A stretch of DNA of 62,203 bases from Girardia tigrina (Eukaryota). The notes under the pieces are model-generated. The model saw only the letters and a program-made list of their open reading frames with translations. It ran no database searches and was not told the DNA's origin. The position numbers and the translations under genes were made by a program. The stretch is taken from contig MQRK01247947.1 of NCBI GenBank assembly GCA_001938485.1, positions 4,884 to 67,086 of the forward strand, given 5' to 3'. Below, piece after piece: positions 52,581 through 62,203 of this stretch (position 1 is the stretch's first letter; each line of letters opens with the position of its first letter).

Positions 52581-53872
52581 TTTTAATAAATAAATCAACA
52601 CCAAATTTTTGAAAAAAAGAAATTCTGCAAAGAAAATTTATTAGCTTATTAACTCAAATTCCAATTATAAGAAGTTAATGCTATAACAAACCTTAAAAAA
52701 GATTTTTAAACTCGAAAAAGGTTTGTTTGATTTATTTTTCCAATTTTTGAAAGTAATTTTCATGTAGAATGTCTCCATTTAGAAAACAAAAGTTATATCT
52801 TATTTTTCAAAGAAGTTCTGATGGATTTCACAAATCTTATTTTTAAATGACTCAGGTAATTATTTTTCAGTAAAACTTTTTTTTATTCTACAAGCAAGCA
52901 TTCTATATTTTCTTTTTTATAACATAGTTAATTTTTATATAAAAGAATAGCGAAATCAATCAGAATGTCATTAAAAATAAGATATTATTTTGTTATCCGA
53001 ATTAAGAGCGATCTCAGAATTCTTAATGTATTTTTGTTGATTTATTGCCAAGCAGTTTCAGGTGCCTTCTCACGGATGACAAGCTCTTGATGAGAGGTAC
53101 CCATTTTATTTCGTTGGTTATCCAGGTCTGCAATTAGGACAAATTGAGAGGGTTGAAATATGCACTAATATGAATACATATTCCTTGTTATATCAATATT
53201 TGAATTCATTGATAAGAAAAGTAAATAAGGTAAGCATAACAATGCTTTATTATACACAAATTCAAACAAATTTTCCGCTTCTGTTCTTTAACTATTAATC
53301 ATTTTGCCAATTTCTATTTTTTAAGTAATCTTTTTTTATCGTTTAGAAATTCTAATAATTTTAAAACACAAAATATTTATTTTGATCTTTAATTTAAAAT
53401 CATAATTATTCTATTTAAATTTTAAATATTTAAAAAACTATTTAAAATATTTAATTTGAAATCTTTAAATAAATAATATTTAATTCACCTGAAACTTAAT
53501 TTTTTGTTTTAACTTATTTAAATCTTTATCAGCAAAGTAAAATCAACTAACTCGTCATACTTACAAAACGACCCAACAGAGGGTCATGAAAAATAGCTTT
53601 CAGAGGAATAGTAAGATATATTTTGAATGTCATGAAGCTTAGGGAGTCAAAATTTTATAAAACAGCAAAGTATAACTTATTAAAATTGTCTTTAGTAGAA
53701 GAGAAACTAATTGTAAAATTAATTAATATATTTTAATTTTTGTATAATAATTTATAAAAACTAAAGAATTTAAAGACATTTTAGTTTTAACACATAAAAG
53801 GTCATTTTATTATAAAATTCCAAAAGAATAATCATGTAACATAATTTTGAAATAACAAGAAAAATATTTTTT

Positions 53873-54550
53873 TTATTTCTTCTTGAAAGGAACTTCAATA
53901 ATAACGATTCCATTGACAAATTTATAATTAACTTTTCTTAAATCATACATTTTTGGGCTCAAACTGATCTCTTTGTTAAATTCACTCTTAAATTCTTGAA
54001 CTTGGCTTATGTCTCCTTGGCTTTTTGTACTTTTCGATGCATGAATTTTCAGAATTCCTTGTTTGGTGGTCGTTACTAGAATATCCTCTTTGTTGAATTG
54101 GAGTCCGATTTCTTCTTCAACAATGCAATTTCCATTTTCAATGGACAAAGAACTTTTTCGTCTTGCAAAAGTCAGGTCTGACATTTCATCCATTTGGTCC
54201 TGAAAGGATCTCCGTTTTTCCTGAAAATCCGGTGTCAATAAATTCATATCCGATCTATTTTCTGAAGAGCTCGAATTTCTTATATCAGTTTTATTTAAGA
54301 AAACTGGGAAGATAACTCTAAGTTTTTTGTTTTTAAATTTTGTTGTGTACTGACTCCAGTCGACGTCGCTTGGTAATTCTGTTTCTTGATTGAATTCCTC
54401 AAAATCTTTCTTTTTATTTTGTCCTCTGATTCGAAGAATATTATTACTGATTTCAAAACTAAAATCTTTTTCATGGAATCCATCGACGATCGTCTCGACG
54501 ATGTAACTTTTTTCGTTGTTGCTTCTCGTTTCGTAGAAACCACTTATCAT
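53873..54550 (-). CDS. Small heat-shock protein with two alpha-crystallin domains, 225 aa
   Basis: Domain 1: VDGFHEKDFSFEISNNILRIRG..EFNQETELPSDVD..KLRVIFP. Domain 2: FNKEDILV...GILKIHA..EFNKEISL..YD..V.YKFVNGIVIIEVP. Intact ATG-to-stop. Confidence 0.8.
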   Translation of the reverse strand: MISGFYETRSNNEKSYIVETIVDGFHEKDFSFEISNNILRIRGQNKKKDFEEFNQETELPSDVDWSQYTTKFKNKKLRVIFPVFLNKTDIRNSSSSENRSDMNLLTPDFQEKRRSFQDQMDEMSDLTFARRKSSLSIENGNCIVEEEIGLQFNKEDILVTTTKQGILKIHASKSTKSQGDISQVQEFKSEFNKEISLSPKMYDLRKVNYKFVNGIVIIEVPFKKK

Positions 54551-55474
54551 ATTTTCTTAATATAACTCTCTAATATTCTCATTTCTTATTCATTTTATAG
54601 TACTTCGATAACGTTTTATTACCATTTAATGATCGTTCACAGTGTGTGAGATTGTTGATGAATGAAGCTTTTTGCAATGTTATGAACCATATGACCAGCC
54701 TGATGATTCAGTTGAGTTTGTTTTATGTTGTACACTGGTCCATTTTGCTTGATCTTGTCGGGTCATACCCTCATTTTAATGCAGTTATTGATGTAAACTC
54801 TTTTTATTGCAGTTTTTTGTTGATTTTATTTTCAAAAAAACGAAAATTTTTATTTATGCAATTAATTTTAAAAGAGATTTAAAGAAAATGTTACTTTTAT
54901 AAAATAGTATTTGCAAGTTTCACGCAGATTATATAAATTAATAGAATAATTAATAAATTCCTAATGAATTATATTTGTTTATTATTAATTATATTAACGA
55001 GATGAATTTGTAAAATAACTCAACTTATGATCTCAAAAATTATTACAAAAAAGATCTTTTTATTTCCCATCTTACAAAATGGATTCAGTCTAGACTTACC
55101 TCAAATTATATCCTAAAATAGGTTTATTAAATATTGATTTAAGTAAATTAATTTAAATTATTATTTGTTTTTTTTATTTTTTTAGTGAAAATATATGTAA
55201 TTTTCAAAAAAAATAATTTCTTAATAAATAAATAATTATATTTAACAATCTTTATTTGGCTTTTTTGTCTTTCTATTTAAAATTAAAAATTATTGAAAGT
55301 GATTCAATTTTCTATTTTCTGTCATCACTTTTTTGGAAAATCATAATATTCTTTTCCTATCATATAAAAAAATTATTTTAAGCTATTAAGTTAAATATAA
55401 TGTGATTCTTTCGTAAGTAGTATTAACATTATCTTCGATGGTGTTTGATTTAGGAATAGAAATTAGAATTTTTC

Positions 55475-57373
55475 GGTACGTCGACTTTACCGGGACGCCT
55501 TTATCGCGGACGAATTTAACGCGGGTGACTTTACCGCGGATTTTTTAAATAGAATTTAAATTGTTTAAATAGAGATCCGGAAGATTTGATGTTTCTTTTA
55601 TTTTTTTCCAAATTGATTGGTTCAGCTAAAAAGAACAGCCTTCATTGCTCCCTTTTCAAAATTCAGCATAATAGTTTGTTGATTTAAATTTGGTCTTAAA
55701 AGCTCTTCATACGTACGAGTGTAATTTAATTGAAATTTATTGGTCATTAATGCATGAACAAGAGGCAATACTTTGTTTGATTTCAAAGGATGTATAAACT
55801 TGGTAAAATAATGTCCCTTCCATAAACCAATTTTCACATTGTAAATAGCGTTTATGCCACTTTCATTATTATCACATTCTAAAGTCATAATTTAACACCA
55901 CAAAAATTTATTAATATTCACAATTCATATACTTAAACAAATTTCTTGTTACTTCAATTATTTCGCCCAAAATTAGTTCATTAAATTCTTTCGATAAAAT
56001 TTTGAAAATATACAAAAATTTAAATCTTAAATAATCTTACATTTTTTACAAAAATTTTACAATATTTTGATCTTAAATAATCTTATATTTTTTCTACAAA
56101 AATTTTACAATATTTAAATCTTAATTAATCTTATATTTTTTTGCAAAAAAATTTACAATATTTTGACCTTACATAATCTTATATTTTTTTACAAAAAAAT
56201 TTACAATATTTAAATCTTAATTAATCTTATATTTTTTTACAAAAAAGATACAAATTTTTAATGTAACCAAATTTTACATTCTTATGAAACTTAATCATAA
56301 AACTAATTAATTTAAATTTACAATAACCATTTTATTAAAAAATTATTTCTGAAAATATTAATCCGTTAATTAAAATTTATTTAGCTTATTCTATAACTTT
56401 TATTAAAATATGTTAATTGTTATTATTGTAAACATATTTTAAATAAGTATTTTTTTATCATATTTTTACTCTACATTGTAATTGTTAATTTATTTCTTTT
56501 AAATTTTCAAATTAAAAAAATAATAAACTATTTTGGCGAAACTTAAAACTAACCCCTCATACACATGAAGCCAATAGATTTATGTTTGCAGTTGAACTGA
56601 AGAGCATTATCCGGTTGGCATCATTAGATTCGAAATCGTATATCAAAAAAAGATTCATTTCTAGTTGTAAACCTAAAAGTTTAAGGAACATTTATTTCTG
56701 AAAGATGATTTGGATTTGACCAAGGAGCATTCACTTGTTTTCGTTGAATTGTACGTTGACTAGAGCTATAACTTGGAAGAAATATTGCAGCGTCAAGTGG
56801 AATCTCAATCCAAGATTTCTGAATAATTTGCTTTGGGCCCTCAACTGTTTGCGATGCAAGAGTTGCAACCAACTGAGCAATGTGCCTAACAAAAACTTTA
56901 CCTGGCTCACGAGCATGATTATGCTCAGCTGGGTGACCTAAAACAATAGATACTTCGTTGTGGTTTGAAGTACGAATTCTTCCTTTACATTTATGTTGTT
57001 CATGAGCAACACAGAATTGATGATTCATGCTGAAAATGGTGTGGAAAAAAAATTTAAAGAAATTTATATTATTTTTTAATATTAAATAATAAAATTTAAT
57101 TTAATAAGGCCTATTCATAAAGCCATTTTAATGAAAAAAATTTTTTTAATCAATCTAACTACAAATTGTCTAATTCTGAAATGAATGTTTTAAAATTCGG
57201 ATTTAATCATGGTATTAAAAGTAGAGTAAATGAATGGATAATTAAATGAAAAGTAGAGAGTTTTTTCAATCTTGTTATGATGTAAATTAAAATGAAAATT
57301 AAAAGTTTAAAAAAAATATGATATTTGTATTGGAAAATTTGATGAAAAAAATCCGCGGTGAAGTCGCCTCACC
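55475..57373 (-). mobile_element. MULE, internally rearranged
   Basis: Inverted gactttaccgcggattttt / aaaaatccgcggtgaagtc termini; FLYWCH-like C..CKGR...HNH and LPLVHALMTNK..MLNFE.GAMKA fragments. Confidence 0.75.
56010..56260. repeat. ~46-bp AT-rich tandem repeat, ~5 copies
   Basis: tcttaa.taatcttatattttttacaaaaaattttacaatattt units. Confidence 0.8.
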
Positions 57374-59683
57374 GAATTTAAATTTAGTTACACAAAAATT
57401 TAATAATGAAATTTTTCTTTCTGCTTATTTAATAACTAGAAAAGACCCGTCATATATGACGGATGAGCTGAATTTTAGTCTTTGAAAGTTTCTGTTTTAA
57501 TTTTAAAATCGTTATTAGTATAATTAATTTTTTATTGTTTCGAATTCTGTACTGATTTAACAGTCGGTCAATTAAATCGGCTCCCGGCGCCTTTCGGCAA
57601 AGGTCCTGCACAAACAGAACCGTCTCGATGTGGGCTATCCAGATTGACCTCAACTTTACGCGTAATTACTCCCAGTTCCACCATCATTTTGCATTTTATC
57701 AGCACATATATGATCACAGTAAAATTGGGGCTTGGTCGACAAACCGTGAGTCAGATGTTAACGAAATTTTGTTAATTTATATTAAATTGATTTTTAGAAA
57801 TATATTTAGTAAGTAATAGAAATCGTCATTTGTCAATTGAAATTACATGTTATTAGTATTTTTAAAAATAAGAATTATTCGGCATTATTCAGATTCGGTG
57901 TTGACTTAACAATCGTTCCACCAGCACGCTCTGTTAAAAATAATCTCACATGAAACTATTTTTGTTATCCAATCTTTTTCAACAAATTCTCACTAAACAC
58001 TGAGATACGTGCATCACAGCCCCACAGCATCGAAGGTGTACTTTATTTAGAGAGTATTTTATATATAAAATTTTAAAAATATAAAAGCATACACTAAAAA
58101 GTTTTCAATACTATAATTTCTTTAAAAAATCAGTTATAGGTTTTTGTTTCTTTTTTGTAAATTAATTACAACAAATTTCAGTGTTTTTCGCCTTTTCGAT
58201 AGGTTAGAATCTCATATCCAGACCACTATGAAAATTTATCCACGTTTGGAATTGTGGTGTTATTAGGTCTTTCATATTCAACATAATGGTAATTGCTTTG
58301 TCATTAGTTTTTAGTAAAAATCTTTTATGATACAAAAAGTGTTTAAAATTTTTAGTAAAATAATAGATTGCAAGCATCTCATTTCACGTAACACAATTTA
58401 CAAAACTCATGTTTGTTCATTTTAGACGATCAATACGCAATACTCTCCATCTTACATATGTCTACTTCTGTGATAATACTGCCAACATTGTATCCACCAT
58501 ACACTTGTACAACAAAATGGAAACTTGCAACGGTAACAGGGACAAATTTACCGTAACAAGTGAAAGTCAACAAGATGTCTTATCACATCAATAATGTGTG
58601 TAGTGCACCGCCAGAGGATAAAACTTAGGAGGATGAGGAGATCAATGATAGAAGAGACAGTAATAATAATAATAATAACGTGAGTTTTCTAGACGCAGAT
58701 AGCAGCGAATTTGAGAGAGCGGAGTACGAAGAATCAGGTGGCGAATCAACATCAGAATCAACATCGCGTTTAAACGTTTTCGATTTTTAAGACGTTTAGC
58801 GATTTATAAACGAGCGTATAGTTCTTAAGTTCGTATTTCAAACTCACGATATGGGTTATACTTTTTTGAAACTTTTATCACGCTACCTAAGGCCTATTCA
58901 TTTGTAAAGAACACATTGTCCTAATCTATTGAGCTTTTTCGAGGGACTAAAATTACAAAATATGAAAAGTGGCATTAATATATTTTTGAGAATTGCATAT
59001 ATATATTTGAGAATTGCATCCAAATTTCCGGTAAATTTTTTTGTTAGACGTAAAATTATTTAAATTATATTTGTTCATTTTCTAAATTTTTTCGAGTAAA
59101 ATAGTTTTAAAAACGAGATGTATTGTATTGAAGAAAAGGCATTGGATTTTGATGAAGCTTATAATTAAAATTTAAAAAGTTTAATTTGCTAAACGAAGAC
59201 CGTTTAAACGTTTAGACAATTTTAAAACGTGCCCACGTCTAATTATAATCAGGAATTCGTTGAAAAACATCATCACTCTAAATGCACTTTAAGCTGTATC
59301 AAATTCATCCACTCTGAAAGTCACACTAAACAACCCAGACAGGAACAACGAAACACATTATAAAAACACTAAAATTTCGGTCAAGAAAGTTTGATGAAGT
59401 TAAATAAAGCCACCTAAAGTGATAAAAGTAAAAGATTTTGGTGTTGATATAAGTAGTAATGGCGGTAGGACTGACACGTATCCGTAAATCGAAATTTTAA
59501 AATATCAGTAACCAAAATTATCGAGACTTTCTAAAATTAAGTAATAAATAAATTTCATTGTATGAAATTAGAATTTTTTATTCAGGAAATTTCCATGACA
59601 AAAGTTCAGATTGGGTGTATACAGTGTTGCATTTAAAATAATTTGTATCTAAAATATTTTGATAAATAAAAATGTTTGATTTG

Positions 59684-60160
59684 TGTGAGGAATATTTAAA
59701 TTTGTATGTTGAAATTGGTTTGTTGAATTTTGTATGTTGAGTTTAGTATTTGGAAATGTGTTTCTCCCACGCAGATGGAAAATTGATATTTTGGATGTTC
59801 ACGATAGATAATTATTCGAATATAATTTTCATTTTAAAGTACAGCATAAGATATTTAAAAACATTAAAAATATTAAATCTTTTCAAATTTTCACATAAAA
59901 TAAAATATATAACATATAAATTATAACATATAAATTAAATAAATGTTTCTTCTTTCAATAAAATATTTTTTAAATAAAATTAATATGTAAATAAAATTGA
60001 TACTAAAATTACCAAATTTGAACTGTAAAAATAAAATCTGGAAATAATGAAAAATTTGTTCGAATAATTGTTTATTAACAAACATTAACAAAAAAATATC
60101 AATTTAGAACGATGTCGAATGACGAGAGTTTTGCTGAGAATTATCCAAAAGACAATTCTG
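59684..60160 (+). mobile_element. 3'-truncated LTR fused to a mariner
   Basis: Colinear with 49306-49803 until gacaattctga, then switches to mariner sequence. Confidence 0.8.
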
Positions 60161-60775
60161 ACGAATTCTTGGAAGGCATTTTGAGCATCATTTTGGTTTT
60201 TGAAAATTTTTTCGCGTAGGAAGTTGTACAAATGCCTTAAAAAGTAGAAGTCCGTTGGCGAGAGGTCTGGTGAATATGGGGGATGAAGCAGGGTTTCATA
60301 GCCCAACTCATTAAGCTTTTGAAGAGTCACTTTTGAAATTTGAGGTCTAATGTTATGATGAAGAAGGATGGGACTTTTTCGGTTGACCAATCACGGACAA
60401 AGGGTTTTCAATTTCTTATGCATTTCATCAATTTCATGACAATACCTCTTCGCTGTGATTGTTTCAACTGGATTCAAGAAACTATAGTGGATGATTCCAG
60501 CATCACACCACCAAACTGTCACCATAACCTTACGGGGTGTTAGTTTTGGCTTTGGAAAGTGTTTCGGTCCTTCATCTTTGTCCAATCACTGTGCAGATCG
60601 ACGTCGATTATCATACAGGATCCATTTCTCATCACTTGCGAAGATGATTGGCAGAACAAATTTCATAGCGTCGGTTCTTTTGATTTTCATTCAAATCATG
60701 TGGAACCCATTTATCAAGTTTCTTGATTTCTCCAAGTTGTTTTAAATGATTCAGGACTGTTGAATGACTAATGCC
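60161..60775 (-). pseudogene. mariner transposase fragment, same family as 15084-15875
   Basis: WVPHDL, KWILYDN, KVMVTVWW, YSPDLSPTD. Confidence 0.88.
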
Positions 60776-61773
60776 CTAATAGTGCCGTGAATGATATTTC
60801 CCAATGTATGCAACAATCAAGCCGATTTAAAGTTTTTATATATTAAGCTCAATTTCACTGAAATGACTATAGAAAAATTACTTTTATAATGGTTGATAAT
60901 GATTTCTATTACAAAATCATTCATATTGTATTGTCGATCGATCTCAATTATTCATATTTCAAAATTATAATTATTTAATCACGAATTGTCAATTTAAAAA
61001 TTGTTAAAATAAGATCGATTGATCAACTATGTATTTTCGTGATAGTTTAAGTTATTATTTTCAACATTTATTAAGGTTCATTTTTGTCGGTAACTTTAAT
61101 ATATATGTATATATACTTAATTGCGCTAATACATAATCGACTATTAGTGCATCTAATAGTGCCACGAATTATATTTGTGGTCTCCGATGCATGTAACAAT
61201 CAAAGTTGCTTAAGTATTTGTTCGTTAAATATTTCTAAAATTGCTCTCAAATTGTTCTAAAATTGTTCTGATTCTCTCTGAAATGGTCTATGGTTTAATA
61301 TCACAATTTTCTTGTCAGGTTGTTTTGCTTTGGCCAATCACCGCCTGCCAACAAGAAATTCTTTGAGTGATTCCTTCAATAATGATTAAACCATTGGAAT
61401 TGTGTGTCTACTATTTTTTGGAGTAAGTTTTGATTCATTATAGAATTTTTGATTGTGTGTAAATTTCAGACGTGTGGTGAATCATGATGATTCATGATTA
61501 TTCAAGACTCCGTTTCTTCTCTGCGGGCGTGACTCACGTAAGTTTTAATTGATTACGGTTGTTAATTATTATTTAGATAATTATTATAAACATATTATTA
61601 TCATATTAGATATATGTGGAAAGTATGCGTGATTATGAAGTATGAAATTGAGTAACAAGATTGAGAGTTTGATGATATAATGTATGCATGTAATAGTATG
61701 CAGTGCCAATCATGTGGCGCTAACCCAGCAGATCTCCCTATTCCAGTTATGCAACCGGATCGAGGTGTGTTTA

Positions 61774-62203
61774 TACAGTGCGTTCAGAAAGTCACTGTGC
61801 ACCTTTCATTGTCTGGTTTATTTTTAGATAATCAGCGTTGTAGCAGACTTTTTAAATGCAAATTTCTATGAAATCGAACTATGAAATAGATTCGTGAACA
61901 AAAAACATACTTACACACTTTGACCTTGACACTGAGCGTTTTAATTTTTTTAAAAAAAATATCATTTTGATATTCAATCTAATCATTGACGAAAGTCAAT
62001 TTATTGGGAAGTTAATTCCAATTGAAAATGGTTTTGTCAACGGAGGAGAGAATATTTTTGAATAAACATGTCTTTCGTGCGAACGATGAATACACAGAAG
62101 CAGTGAAGGAAAGATTTGCCGAAAAGTTTCCCGCAACAGCAATACCTCATCGAAATGCAGTTCGAGCGTTAGTGAACAAGTTCAGAGAAACTGGATCCGT
62201 TCA
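61774..62203 (+). mobile_element. Tc1/mariner-superfamily element 5' end (DUF4817-type HTH); ORF from 62028 runs off the window
   Basis: TA|TACAGTG TIR; MVLSTEERIFL...F..KFP...P.RNAVRALVNKFRETGSV. Confidence 0.8.

Overview
This is very AT-rich, gapped eukaryotic (animal-like) genomic DNA. Most of it is a nested pile of decayed transposons: Ty3/gypsy LTR elements and solo LTRs, mariner/Tc1/pogo, hAT, MULE, Zator, a piggyBac MITE, a Penelope-like element and a Polinton-type family-B DNA polymerase. The ORF track misses the main host feature, a dispersed family of five intron-containing protein kinase genes. Each has 5 exons and four 45-52 nt GT-AG introns at identical positions. All five have DFG->DFE, a non-RD catalytic loop (HAD/HLD) and a degraded glycine-rich loop. 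Four are intact and one is frameshifted. Other host-type sequences are a double alpha-crystallin small heat-shock protein, a truncated Bub1/Mps1-like kinase gene, and a PAICS (SAICAR synthetase) 5' fragment. The PAICS fragment, its upstream DNA and a divergent neighbouring gene start sit inside a MULE transposase as a TG...CA insert with a target-site duplication (TSD). Unusual non-coding structures are 21-bp-periodic RFX X-box-like arrays with a flipped GC palindrome next to the polymerase, a 1.18-kb integrase-only LTR element, LTRs ending in ...AATA, an LTR-like motif behind four of the kinase genes, and a degenerate hammerhead ribozyme. All family assignments come from motif recognition by eye; no database searches were run.
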